The notes under the pieces were generated by a model. That model worked only from the letters and a program-made list of their open reading frames with translations. It had not been told where the DNA came from and did not search any database. From Gallionellaceae bacterium (lineage in GTDB: Bacteria > Pseudomonadota > Gammaproteobacteria > Burkholderiales > Gallionellaceae), in assembly GCA_030823955.1 (NCBI GenBank), contig JAVBYO010000006.1, forward strand, positions 6,951 to 70,950: DNA of 64,000 bases, in the 5' to 3' direction. Shown in pieces: positions 47,882 through 57,076 of the stretch; positions within the stretch are counted from its first letter, which is position 1; each line of letters starts with the position of its first letter. Made by a program: the position numbers and the translations under genes.

Positions 47882-48667
47882 ATGAAAAGATTGCTGCTCT
47901 CCCTCGCCCTGCTCCTAGTTTCCGCTACTTCCCTCGCCGCAGTGGAAGGTGAAGAGGTGAGTTATTCCGCGAACGGCACTACGCTGAAAGGCTGGCTCGC
48001 TTACGACGGTCTGGCGATGGGCAAGCGCCCTGCCGTGCTGGTGGTGCATGAATGGTGGGGGCACAACGCTTATGCGCGCAAACGCGCCAACATGCTGGCC
48101 AAGCTAGGATATGTGGCGTTGGCGGTGGATATGTACGGTGACGGAAAACAGGCGAACCATCCGGGGGATGCGGGCAAGTTCGCCGCTGAAGTCTCCAAGA
48201 ACAAACCGCTGACGAAGGTGCGTTTCGAGGCGGCGATGAAGTTGCTGCGCGACGATGCGCGCGTGGATGGCACGAAGCTGGCGGCCATCGGTTATTGTTT
48301 CGGCGGCGGTGTGGTGCTGAACATGGCACGCGAGGGAGAGGACTTACGTGGTGTAGCGAGTTTCCACGGCGGTCTGACGACCGATATGCCCGCACAGAAG
48401 GGCCAGGTGAAAGCACAGGTGCGTGTGTTCACCGGCGCGGATGACAAGATGATCCCCGCCGCGCAGGTGAGTGCGTTCAAGCAGGAGATGGAAAAAGCCG
48501 GTGTGAATTACCAGGTAGTGGTCTATCCCGGCGCGATGCATGCTTTCACTAACCCGGATGCGGATGAGTTAGGCAAGAAGTTCAATATGCCCGTCGCCTA
48601 CAATGCGGCGGCAGACAAGGATTCGTGGGCGCAATTACAGGTCTTTCTGGCTGATGTGTTGAAATGA
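47882..48667 (+). CDS. Secreted dienelactone hydrolase family protein
   Basis: Signal peptide, VVHEWWG, and nucleophile elbow GYCFGG. Confidence 0.85.
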   Translation: MKRLLLSLALLLVSATSLAAVEGEEVSYSANGTTLKGWLAYDGLAMGKRPAVLVVHEWWGHNAYARKRANMLAKLGYVALAVDMYGDGKQANHPGDAGKFAAEVSKNKPLTKVRFEAAMKLLRDDARVDGTKLAAIGYCFGGGVVLNMAREGEDLRGVASFHGGLTTDMPAQKGQVKAQVRVFTGADDKMIPAAQVSAFKQEMEKAGVNYQVVVYPGAMHAFTNPDADELGKKFNMPVAYNAAADKDSWAQLQVFLADVLK

Positions 48668-48680
48668 CCGCGAGGAAAAC

Positions 48681-49544
48681 ATGAGCAATACCGACTGGAT
48701 CGACCGCAACGAATATCCGTTCGCGTCGCATTTTTTTGAGACACCTGCGGGCAAGTTGCATTATCTGGACGAAGGCAGCGGCGAGATCATCGTGATGCTG
48801 CACGGTAACCCGGCATGGTCGTTCCTGTATCGCAAGCTCATCAAACGACTCAGCCCCCACTACCGCTGCATCGCGCCGGATCATATCGGCTTCGGTCTTT
48901 CCGACAAGCCTACGGACTGGAGTTATCTGCCGGAAGAGCATGCGAAGAATTTTGCTGCGCTGGTCGAACATTTGGGCCTGAAGAACATCACGCTGGTGAT
49001 GGGCGATTGGGGTGGGCCGATCGGCATGCACTATGCTGTAAATCATCCGCAGAACGTGAAACGACTGGTGGTGACGAACACTTGGGCTTGGCCGGTGGAT
49101 AAGGACTTCCACTATGTGTCGTTCAGCGCATTCATGGGCGGCCCGATAGGGCGCTTCCTGATCCGCCGTTTCAACTTCTTCGTGAGTTCGTTCATGCGCG
49201 TGGCATTCGGCGACAAACGCAAGTTAAGCAGCCATGCGCACCAGCACTACAAGGATGCGCTACCCACGGCAGCAGCGCGCAAGGGCTGTTATGTGTTCCC
49301 CAAACAGATCATCGCTTCGACACCCTGGCTGGAGAATATCTGGAGCAAGGTGGAAGTACTGAAGGATAAGCCGACACTGTTCGTGTGGGGCATGAAGGAT
49401 GTGGCGTTCAGGGAAAAAGAGTTGCGGCGCTGGCAGCAGGCACTGCCGAACTCATCTGCCTTGCGGCTGGACAGCGTGGGACATTTTGTGCCGGAAGAGG
49501 CACCGGAGGAACTGGGGAAAGCAATCGCTGGATTCCTGAACTGA
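48681..49544 (+). CDS. Alpha/beta hydrolase (haloalkane-dehalogenase-like fold)
   Basis: HGNPAWSFLYR and MGDWGGPIG (nucleophile Asp type), with C-terminal GHF. Confidence 0.8.
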   Translation: MSNTDWIDRNEYPFASHFFETPAGKLHYLDEGSGEIIVMLHGNPAWSFLYRKLIKRLSPHYRCIAPDHIGFGLSDKPTDWSYLPEEHAKNFAALVEHLGLKNITLVMGDWGGPIGMHYAVNHPQNVKRLVVTNTWAWPVDKDFHYVSFSAFMGGPIGRFLIRRFNFFVSSFMRVAFGDKRKLSSHAHQHYKDALPTAAARKGCYVFPKQIIASTPWLENIWSKVEVLKDKPTLFVWGMKDVAFREKELRRWQQALPNSSALRLDSVGHFVPEEAPEELGKAIAGFLN

Positions 49545-49552
49545 CGCGCAGA

Positions 49553-50314
49553 TCAGGCTTCCTGGTAGATGACGACGCGGTCTTTTCCGCTATGTTTGGC
49601 TTCGTATTGCGCCTTGTCGGCCTGCGCAATGAGTTGATCCACACCCTTGCTGTCCTTTAAGTCCAGATAGGCGATACCGACACTTACGGTGAAGTGGATC
49701 TCGCGGGCATATTCGCCGGAAGTCGTCACCGATGCATTGCGTATCTCCACCAGCATTTTCTCGATGAGTTGCCGCACGCTCTCTTTGCCGGCGCCGTAGA
49801 TAATCATGGCGAATTCCTCGCCGCCCAAACGTCCGACCACGTCACTCTTACGCACCACGCTGCGGACAACCGAGGCAAAACATTTCAGCACTTCGTCGCC
49901 CACTGCATGACCATAGACATCATTGATGGTTTTAAAGTTATCCAGATCGATATATACCAGCGCCAACTCGATCTGGCTGCGTCGTGCCAGACTGATCGAG
50001 CGTTCCGCATGGTCGAGAAAGGCGCGGCGACTCATCACGCCAGTGAGTGCGTCGATCATGGCAAGTTTGCGCATCTCCATCTCGAGATGATGGATCTTGA
50101 CCAGTGCACTAAACAGCGGCCAGAACAGGAAAGGAGCAATGGTCAGCGGCGCCAAGATAGAGAGGGTCAAAGCGATCTCGCTGACCTCGATACCCTTGAA
50201 CATCATGACCGCGTAGGTGAACAGAACCGATGATACGGTTGCCAGTGTGGTGGCGATGAACACGCTGGGCGCGCGACCGATTCGAATGATGGATTTCCTG
50301 AACATAGTGGTCAT
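49553..50314 (-). CDS. Membrane-anchored diguanylate cyclase (GGDEF)
   Basis: Hydrophobic N-terminus, then DALTGV.SRRAF, DLDNFKTINDVYGH and RLGGEEFAMI. A start at 50314 or 50305 avoids overlap with the divergent gene. Confidence 0.85.
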   Translation of the reverse strand: MTTMFRKSIIRIGRAPSVFIATTLATVSSVLFTYAVMMFKGIEVSEIALTLSILAPLTIAPFLFWPLFSALVKIHHLEMEMRKLAMIDALTGVMSRRAFLDHAERSISLARRSQIELALVYIDLDNFKTINDVYGHAVGDEVLKCFASVVRSVVRKSDVVGRLGGEEFAMIIYGAGKESVRQLIEKMLVEIRNASVTTSGEYAREIHFTVSVGIAYLDLKDSKGVDQLIAQADKAQYEAKHSGKDRVVIYQEA

Positions 50315-50434
50315 TGTAACGCGATTCGGCCAGATGGCGGCACCCGCAAGACACCGCTTGTGTTGATTGGCGGCGGCCTTGCCCGGCGTCCGCCCCCAGT
50401 GTAGATTGCCACCTCTCTCCTCCGAGATAACGAT

Positions 50435-51121
50435 ATGAGCGGTCGCTACTTCAGCAAGCAGACTTTCACCTTTCTTGCCGCGCTGGCGCAGAACAACGAA
50501 CGCGCATGGTTCGAGCCGCACCGGCAGGAATACGAAGACTTGGTACGTTCACCCGCGCTGGATTTCATCAGCGATATGTCGGACGAGATGCCCGCCATCT
50601 CGCGCCACTTTCTGGCGCAGCCGAGCAAGGTGGGCGGTTCGCTGATGCGTATCCAGCGCGATACGCGCTTCAGCAAGGACAAGACGCCGTACAAGACCAA
50701 CATCGGCATCCAGTTCCGCCACGAAGTGGGCAAGGATGTACATGCGCCGGGTTATTACCTGCACATCGCACCGGGGGAATGTTTCGTGGGTATCGGGCTG
50801 TGGCACCCGGAAGCGGATGCGCTGTTCAAGATACGCGAGGCTATCGCGCAGAAAGGTGATGAATGGCTGGTTGCGCGCGACGCTCCGGCTTTTCGCAAAC
50901 ACTACTCGCTGGAGGGCGATACCCTCGCCAACGCACCGCGCGGCTTCGCCAAGGATCACCCGCTGGTGGCGGATCTGAAACGCAAAGATTTCATCGGCAT
51001 GGCTAAACTGAGCGAGGCAGAGGTGACTTCGGGCACTCTGCGCGCGCAGGTGGTGATACGTTTCCGCGATGCTGCACCTTATATGCGTTTCCTGTGCAAG
51101 GCGCTGGAATTACGCTTCTAG
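50435..51121 (+). CDS. DUF2461 (TIGR02453) family protein
   Basis: FLAALAQNNERAWFEPHRQEY...RIQRDTRFSKDKTPYKT is the family signature. Confidence 0.8.
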   Translation: MSGRYFSKQTFTFLAALAQNNERAWFEPHRQEYEDLVRSPALDFISDMSDEMPAISRHFLAQPSKVGGSLMRIQRDTRFSKDKTPYKTNIGIQFRHEVGKDVHAPGYYLHIAPGECFVGIGLWHPEADALFKIREAIAQKGDEWLVARDAPAFRKHYSLEGDTLANAPRGFAKDHPLVADLKRKDFIGMAKLSEAEVTSGTLRAQVVIRFRDAAPYMRFLCKALELRF

Positions 51122-51259
51122 CGCGGAGGCAAGGCGCATAGTTGAATGATCTAGTCTGGCATACCCGCGCGCGAGATTTTTTTCGCCATTGAATTGTGCT
51201 AAATTTTCATCGGGCTGAATTTTCACCCGTCAATCAACCAAATCTGGAGGGGACCTAAG

Positions 51260-51337
51260 ATGACTTTCTTACTCATTGTCGTAGTGTGCGCTGTAGTTAT
51301 TGGCGGCGGTTTGGCGATCATCATGAGCGGTAAATAA
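51260..51337 (+). CDS. Candidate 25-aa hydrophobic micropeptide, below the ORF-track cutoff
   Basis: ATG is preceded by GGAGGGG 7 nt upstream. It encodes MTFLLIVVVCAVVIGGGLAIIMSGK, a single TM helix, with a strong terminator about 100 nt downstream. Confidence 0.35.
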   Translation: MTFLLIVVVCAVVIGGGLAIIMSGK

Positions 51338-51434
51338 GCCCATACACCGGCTTAGCTCACACAGAACCCGCCCCCCGCTCACACCCGCTCTGCATTCATT
51401 GTGATTTGGCGGCAATGTATGTCTGAGTGATTCG

Positions 51435-51490
51435 CTTCAGCAAAGAAAAAGCCCGCTTGTTTCGGCAAGCGGGCTTTTTCTTTGCTGAAG
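51435..51490. terminator. Bidirectional terminator, perfect 25-bp-stem palindrome
   Basis: cttcagcaaagaaaaagcccgcttg (51435-51459) is the exact reverse complement of 51466-51490. The loop is tttcgg, and A/T runs flank the GC core on both strands. Confidence 0.75.
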
Positions 51491-51499
51491 CGACAACGA

Positions 51500-51988
51500 T
51501 CAGTGGTGATGGCCACCTTCGCCGTGCACGTGGCCGTGATCCAGCTCTTCCTGGGTCGCGGCACGCACGGCGGTGATGATGCCGTCGAACTTGATGGTCT
51601 TGCCGGCGAGCGGATGGTTGCCATCGACGGTGACTTCCTTGTCGTTGATTTCGACCACGGTGTAAAGCAGGAAATCCTCGTCATCGTCGCCTTCCGCGCC
51701 GCCTTCGAACTGCATGCCGACTTCGACTTCCTTGGGGAACATGTCGCGCGGTTCGACACGCACCAGTTCGTGCTCGTATTCGCCAAACGCGTCATCCGCT
51801 TCCATGGTGACGGAGAACTTGTCGCCCACGTTTTTCCCGTGGATGGCTTCTTCCACTGCGGGGAAGATACCGTCGTAGCCGCCGTGGACGTAGCTGATGG
51901 GATCGTCCGCCTTTTCGAGTATGCTGCCTTCGCTCACATCAGTCAGTTCGTAACGCACTGAGACGACGGTGTCTTTAGCGACTTTCAT
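51500..51988 (-). CDS. slyD: FKBP-type peptidyl-prolyl isomerase SlyD with a His-rich tail
   Basis: MKVAKDTVVSVRYEL, DGNHPLAGK, and C-terminal HGHVHGEGGHHH. Confidence 0.85.
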   Translation of the reverse strand: MKVAKDTVVSVRYELTDVSEGSILEKADDPISYVHGGYDGIFPAVEEAIHGKNVGDKFSVTMEADDAFGEYEHELVRVEPRDMFPKEVEVGMQFEGGAEGDDDEDFLLYTVVEINDKEVTVDGNHPLAGKTIKFDGIITAVRAATQEELDHGHVHGEGGHHH

Positions 51989-52455
51989 TTCATTTCCTTT
52001 ATCAAATTGAGTACTTCATCCGGGTGTTTATGCGCGTGCACGCCGTACATCACGTGGCGCAACTTGCCTAGTTTGTCGATCACGAAGGTAGAACGCTGGA
52101 TGGCGACCGTCTTGTGACCGTCTGCTTCTTTTTCGTACAACACGCCGTATTTTTTGCAGATGCGCGATTCGGTATCCGACAGCAGCAACACGGACAAGCC
52201 GTATTTATCGCGAAAGGCGGCGTGGCTGATGCAATCGTCGCGGCTGACACCCACCACGACGGTGTCGTATTCGGCGAAGTCTTCCTCATGGTCGCTGAAC
52301 TCTGTGGCTTCCATGGTGCAACCGGGGGTATCGTCCTTGGGGTAGAAATACAGCACGATATTTTTCTTACCCAACAGGGAGGTGAGTCTGAACATCTCCA
52401 TGTCGGCATCAGCCAACTCGAAATGCGGTGCATCCATTCCAACCTGTAAATGCAT
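51985..52455 (-). CDS. bcp: Thioredoxin-dependent peroxiredoxin Bcp
   Basis: FYPKDDTPGCT active-site motif. ATGA overlap with slyD. Confidence 0.85.
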   Translation of the reverse strand: MHLQVGMDAPHFELADADMEMFRLTSLLGKKNIVLYFYPKDDTPGCTMEATEFSDHEEDFAEYDTVVVGVSRDDCISHAAFRDKYGLSVLLLSDTESRICKKYGVLYEKEADGHKTVAIQRSTFVIDKLGKLRHVMYGVHAHKHPDEVLNLIKEMK

Positions 52456-52511
52456 GGTGTGATCCCCCTGTGCGGCATTCTAACTGAGATTTATTTCACG
52501 CCAAATTTATT

Positions 52512-52538
52512 TTGCAGCGTTTTCCACACGGCTATAAT
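52512..52538 (+). promoter_or_regulatory. Sigma70-like promoter placed for a leaderless transcript of the JmjC gene
   Basis: TTGCAG (52512-52517), a 15-nt spacer, and a perfect TATAAT (52533-52538). The ATG at 52545 lies 6 nt after the -10 element with no Shine-Dalgarno sequence. Confidence 0.3.
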
Positions 52539-52544
52539 CGCGCC

Positions 52545-53678
52545 ATGAAAACAAAACTCACCCTGTTGGGCGGCCTCTCCACCGAGGAGTTCCTGCGCGA
52601 TTATTGGCAGAAGAAACCTCTACTCATCCGCCAGGCCGTCCCCGGCTTCAAAGGCCTGTTGAACCCGCAACAACTTGTCGAACTCTCCTGTCTGGAAGAC
52701 GCACAGGCTCGCCTGGTGAAACAGACGCGCGGCAACTGGCAATTGGCGCACGGCCCGTTCGATCCCGACGAGATGGCGAAGCTGCGCGGCAAATGGACGG
52801 TGCTGGTGCAGGGAGTGAACCATGTGCTGCCGCAAGCGACCGAGCTGCTCAAGCGCTTCAACTTCATCCCGCATGCCCGGCTGGACGATCTGATGGTGAG
52901 TTACGCACCCAAGGGCGGCGGCGTGGGGCCGCATTTCGATGCCTATGACGTGTTCCTATTGCAGGGCTGCGGGCATCGCCGCTGGCAGATCTCGACTCAG
53001 CAAGATCGCAGCCTGATTCCCGGTGCGCCGCTGCGCATCTTGCAGCGTTTTGAGGTTGAACAGGAATGGGTGCTGGAAGCGGGCGACATGCTTTATCTGC
53101 CGCCGCACTGCGGACACAACGGTATCGCCGAAGACGATTGTATGACCTATTCCATCGGCTTCCGCACTCCGGCCTATCAGGAGCTGGCAGAGCAGTTCCT
53201 GGTATATCTGCAAGACCGCATCTGTGTGGACGGCATGTATGCCGATCCGGATCTCAAGACCCAGATACACCCTTCCGAGATCGGCACACCGATGCTGCAA
53301 CAGGTGGCTCAGGCGATACGCAAAGTGCAGTGGGACGACGAGGATGTCGCCAACTTCCTGGGCTGCTATCTGAGCGAGCCGAAGCCGCACATCTTTTTTG
53401 ATACCCCCGCCAAACCGCTCTCCGCCACGCGTTTCGCACAGGCCTTGCAAACGCGCGGCATCACGCTCGATCTCAAGACGCAGATGTTGTGCCACGGCAG
53501 CACAGTGTTTATCAACGGCGATTCTCATCCGGTCGGCAAAGGCGGTTATCGTGCGTTGCGTGAACTGGCCGATACCCGTGAGTTACCCGCGGGGAAAAAG
53601 TTGACACAAGAGACGCTCGAACTGCTGTATGAATTCTATCTGGATGGTTATCTCGACCTGACCGCCAAACGGAGGTGA
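52545..53678 (+). CDS. Cupin-4/JmjC ribosomal oxygenase (RoxA/YcfD-like)
   Basis: FLRDYWQKKPLLIRQAVPGF and the HFDAYDVFLLQ...H pattern (2-His-1-carboxylate). Confidence 0.8.
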   Translation: MKTKLTLLGGLSTEEFLRDYWQKKPLLIRQAVPGFKGLLNPQQLVELSCLEDAQARLVKQTRGNWQLAHGPFDPDEMAKLRGKWTVLVQGVNHVLPQATELLKRFNFIPHARLDDLMVSYAPKGGGVGPHFDAYDVFLLQGCGHRRWQISTQQDRSLIPGAPLRILQRFEVEQEWVLEAGDMLYLPPHCGHNGIAEDDCMTYSIGFRTPAYQELAEQFLVYLQDRICVDGMYADPDLKTQIHPSEIGTPMLQQVAQAIRKVQWDDEDVANFLGCYLSEPKPHIFFDTPAKPLSATRFAQALQTRGITLDLKTQMLCHGSTVFINGDSHPVGKGGYRALRELADTRELPAGKKLTQETLELLYEFYLDGYLDLTAKRR

Positions 53679-53681
53679 GTA

Positions 53682-54173
53682 ATGAGTAACGGCGAACTGC
53701 GACACACGGCCTTGAACGGCACGGGCGAATACGTGGCCGCGCTGGATACCTTGTGTGCCTCGGCTAGGCATACGCTGTTGCTGTTCGAGAAAGACTTCGA
53801 CAATCTCGGTTTCAATTCCGTTGCCCGCTATGATGTTTTGCGCCACTTCCTGCTGGACTCGCCCAATGCGCGCCTGCATCTGCTGGCACACGATGTAAGA
53901 CCGCTGGTGAGTTTCTGTCCGCGCATGATGATGCTGTTGCGCCAGTTCGGCCACGCCATGCATATCCACCAGACACCGCTCAATCTGCGCCATGTGTCAG
54001 CACCGTTTGCCGTGGCGGATGAACAACATTCCGTGCGCCGCTATCACTTCGACGATGTTAGGGGAATTTGGGCGCAGAACGACCCGGAAAGCGCACTTTT
54101 ATTGAAGTCCCGCTTCGAAGAAATGTGGGAAAACTCGCGCCCAGGAGCGTCGCCTGACGCTCTGGGTCTGTGA
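53682..54173 (+). CDS. Hypothetical protein, 163 aa
   Basis: ATG lies 3 nt after the previous stop codon with coding-like composition. No family recognised. Confidence 0.55.
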   Translation: MSNGELRHTALNGTGEYVAALDTLCASARHTLLLFEKDFDNLGFNSVARYDVLRHFLLDSPNARLHLLAHDVRPLVSFCPRMMMLLRQFGHAMHIHQTPLNLRHVSAPFAVADEQHSVRRYHFDDVRGIWAQNDPESALLLKSRFEEMWENSRPGASPDALGL

Positions 54174-54331
54174 ATCAGCCCCAAAAAACACTGCTAACCC
54201 CCTAATAACCCAGCATATACCTCTAGCTTTTTCAAAAAAAGCAGGTAGAATGCCGCGTCCTTGCAACGGCAGCCATGTCGCGGCACGGCCTCCATAGACT
54301 TTTATCAACTGACTTTAACTAAGGAAATACA

Positions 54332-54526
54332 ATGAAACTCTCTGCTCTCGTTGCTGCGTTGTTGGCTCTGTCTCTGTCTGCTTGCGGTGAAAAAGCTGCT
54401 GAAGCTCCTGCTGCTGCTCCTGCTGCTATGGAAGCTCCTGCTGCTGTATCCGCTCCAGCCGCTGCTGACGCTGCTCCGGCTCCAGCTGCTGCTCCAGCTC
54501 CAGCTGCTGAACCAGCAAAGCACTAA
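54332..54526 (+). CDS. Small Ala/Pro-rich lipoprotein
   Basis: Signal peptide with lipobox LSLSAC, followed by an (A/P)-rich low-complexity tail. AAGGAAA upstream and a terminator downstream. Confidence 0.6.
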   Translation: MKLSALVAALLALSLSACGEKAAEAPAAAPAAMEAPAAVSAPAAADAAPAPAAAPAPAAEPAKH

Positions 54527-54544
54527 GAGTTGCTCGCAACTCAA

Positions 54545-54574
54545 TAAAAAAGCCGACGCAAGTCGGCTTTTTTA
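54545..54574. terminator. Bidirectional rho-independent terminator
   Basis: aaaaaagccgac-gcaa-gtcggctttttt. Confidence 0.75.
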
Positions 54575-54596
54575 TTTCCCGTAAATCCCGCCTCGT

Positions 54597-55364
54597 TCAG
54601 GCGATCTCGCACCAGGGCAAGCCCGCTTCCTGGGTCGCCACACAGATTCGATCTTCCGCATCCGCCAACACCTCGTGCAACGCGCCGACGGCCAGTGCAG
54701 CGGTATTGTTCTTGTGGCTGAGATGCGCCGCCACCAAACGCTGCAATCTGCTGTTATCCAGTCGCGCCAGCAACGCTGCCGCATCTCGGTTGTTCAAATG
54801 GCCGAAACGGCCACCAACCCGCTGCTTCAGACTGTAGGGATACTCCCCGTTCCGCAACAGGTCTGCATCATGGTTACATTCCAGCACCAGCGCGTCACAT
54901 CCGCTCAGCATCGCTTCGATATGCGGGGTGGCGCAACCCGTATCGGTCAATACGCCCAGACGTCTGCTGCCGTCACTGAACACGTACTGCACCGGCTCGC
55001 TGGCATCGTGCGGTACGGGATAGGGTTGTATCAACACGGCGCCGACTGAAAATGGCAGATGTGGATTGATCTCGCTGACAGCGCCGATATCCGCGAATGC
55101 TCCTTGCTGGCTGCGCAGCGTACCGTGGGTAAGAAATACGGGGAGAGAGAACTTGCGCGCCAGACGGGCCACACCGCCGATATGGTCGCCGTGTTCATGG
55201 GTGACAACGATGGCGTCCAACGCTTCCGGCACCAAGTCGAGACGAGCCAGACGGGTGACCGTCTCGCTGAGCGAGAAACCACAATCCATCAACACCCTTG
55301 TAGCACCGACCTCGACAACGAGAGCGTTGCCCTCGCTGCCACTACCCAGCAGCGCGAAGCGCAT
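54597..55364 (-). CDS. MBL-fold metallo-hydrolase
   Basis: VTHEHGDH metal-binding motif, 255 aa. Confidence 0.8.
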   Translation of the reverse strand: MRFALLGSGSEGNALVVEVGATRVLMDCGFSLSETVTRLARLDLVPEALDAIVVTHEHGDHIGGVARLARKFSLPVFLTHGTLRSQQGAFADIGAVSEINPHLPFSVGAVLIQPYPVPHDASEPVQYVFSDGSRRLGVLTDTGCATPHIEAMLSGCDALVLECNHDADLLRNGEYPYSLKQRVGGRFGHLNNRDAAALLARLDNSRLQRLVAAHLSHKNNTAALAVGALHEVLADAEDRICVATQEAGLPWCEIA

Positions 55365-55366
55365 TG

Positions 55367-56071
55367 TTACGGCGCGGGAGGGGGATTGCCGTCACCGGGA
55401 AGCGGTGTGTTTTCGCCGGAGGGCTTCTCTGAATTGAGTCCCTGATAGATGGAGTCGATGACACGCGCACTGACCATGCCGCTTTTGCCGTTGGGATCGG
55501 TGACCGTGACTTCGCAGTTACCCTGAGTCTCGCGCACCGTCACCAGATGGCTATACGATCTGACTTTATCTTTGTCGGCTTTTTTCAAGGCAGCGACGTA
55601 ATAGATACCCAAACTTCTGTCCTTATCGATGACGCTGACGCGGGACTGATCCAGCGCCAGACCGACCCTGCGCCAACTGCGGTCGAACGGTTCGCCCAGC
55701 AGGATACGCTTCACCCCGTTATTGTCTTGCAGCTTGGGAGCCGGTACGACGGGTGCTGGTGCAACTGCCAGCAGGGGAGCCGCAGCCGCTACAGGAGCGG
55801 GTAAAGGCACTGGAGCGATACACGGCTGTTCCGGCTTCTGCTTGCTGTATTCCGAATAACTGGCCACCCCACCGGCCTCGCCTTCGGGAATCACATAGCG
55901 CTGCTCTATCTCCGGCACGCTCAGCTTGGGCGGAACTTCGAGCGGCGGCAACTGCACCGCCTTGGTCTTGTATTCGAGTTTGGCTTTGTCGGAGACGCTG
56001 CTGCAGCCCGCCAACAACAGAAGGGCTATCACGCCCAATACAATGTTCGTTCGTTTCATTCGTTTTCCCAT
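55367..56071 (-). CDS. bamC: Outer-membrane assembly lipoprotein BamC (NlpB)-like
   Basis: Lipobox LLLAGCSS. FDRSWRRVGLALDQSRVSVIDKDRSLGIYYV resembles the BamC helix-grip repeat. Sits in the classic position downstream of dapA. The start is 56071 or 56059. Confidence 0.65.
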   Translation of the reverse strand: MGKRMKRTNIVLGVIALLLLAGCSSVSDKAKLEYKTKAVQLPPLEVPPKLSVPEIEQRYVIPEGEAGGVASYSEYSKQKPEQPCIAPVPLPAPVAAAAPLLAVAPAPVVPAPKLQDNNGVKRILLGEPFDRSWRRVGLALDQSRVSVIDKDRSLGIYYVAALKKADKDKVRSYSHLVTVRETQGNCEVTVTDPNGKSGMVSARVIDSIYQGLNSEKPSGENTPLPGDGNPPPAP

Positions 56072-56964
56072 CAGATGACTCCTGCCTGACGCATCGCGGC
56101 TTCCACCACAGGCTGTGCGCCGGTGGAAAGCGGGGTGAGCGGCAGGCGCAGATTGTTTTTCATTTTGCCCAGTCGTGCCACCGCCCATTTAACCGGGATC
56201 GGGTTGGCTTCGACGAACAGCTGGCGGTGTAATCCCAGCAGGCGGAAATTGATTTCGCGCGCTTTGGCGACTTCGCCGTTCAATGCGGCGACACACATCT
56301 CATGCATCAGCTTCGGTGCCACGTTGGCCGTGACCGAGATCGTTCCGTGCGCCCCCAGCAACATCAGCGCCAGCGTGCTGGCATCATCGCCGCTATAGAC
56401 GGCAAAATCTCCGATGGAGTCCTTCAAAGCAGCGGCGCGCTGCAACAGGTCGCTGCCGCGCTCGATGCCGCCGGTAGCGTCTTTGATACCGACGATATTG
56501 GGAATCTGCGCCAGACGCAGCACGGTGTCGTTGCTCATGTCCGCCCCGGTCCGTCCCGGTACGTTGTACAGGATATGGGGCATGTCCACCGCTTCGGCGA
56601 TCGCCTTGAAGTGCAGGTACAGCCCCTCCTGCGTCGGCTTGTTGTAATACGGCACCACGGTAAGCGAAGCGGCAGCTCCGGCTTTCTTGGAAAAGGCGGC
56701 CAGCTCGATCGCCTCTTTGGTCGAGTTCGCACCGGTTCCGGCGATGATGGGAATGCGTTTGGCCGCATGCTCCACTGCCACCTGGATCAACTGTTCATGC
56801 TCTTCCACATCTACGGTCGGGGATTCACCCGTCGTCCCCACCACCACGATGGCATCGGTGCCTTCGGTGATATGGAAGTCGATCAACGAGCGAAAGGCAT
56901 CCAAGTCCAGACTGCCGTCTGTATGCATGGGAGTGACTATCGCAACGATGCTGCCTGTAATCAT
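56071..56964 (-). CDS. dapA: 4-hydroxy-tetrahydrodipicolinate synthase
   Basis: [19 protein letters not shown], and YNVPGRTG with the catalytic-Lys region. Confidence 0.95.
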   Translation of the reverse strand: MITGSIVAIVTPMHTDGSLDLDAFRSLIDFHITEGTDAIVVVGTTGESPTVDVEEHEQLIQVAVEHAAKRIPIIAGTGANSTKEAIELAAFSKKAGAAASLTVVPYYNKPTQEGLYLHFKAIAEAVDMPHILYNVPGRTGADMSNDTVLRLAQIPNIVGIKDATGGIERGSDLLQRAAALKDSIGDFAVYSGDDASTLALMLLGAHGTISVTANVAPKLMHEMCVAALNGEVAKAREINFRLLGLHRQLFVEANPIPVKWAVARLGKMKNNLRLPLTPLSTGAQPVVEAAMRQAGVI

Positions 56965-57076
56965 GGTCTTCGCCGTTCTAACCAAAGCGCGCATTTTAAC
57001 TGAAACGAGGGGACGGATGTTTCATAAAATACGCCGCCCCATCCCGAGCCCGCTTGCGTAACATGGCAGGAATCCG

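Noticed and set aside
54305-54544. 79-aa Ser/Trp-rich minus-strand ORF and a Leu-rich plus-strand ORF at 54351-54584
   Set aside because: These are alternative frames of the GCT/GCC-repeat DNA that encodes the Ala/Pro-rich lipoprotein. Only the 54332 frame has a signal peptide, lipobox and ribosome-binding site.
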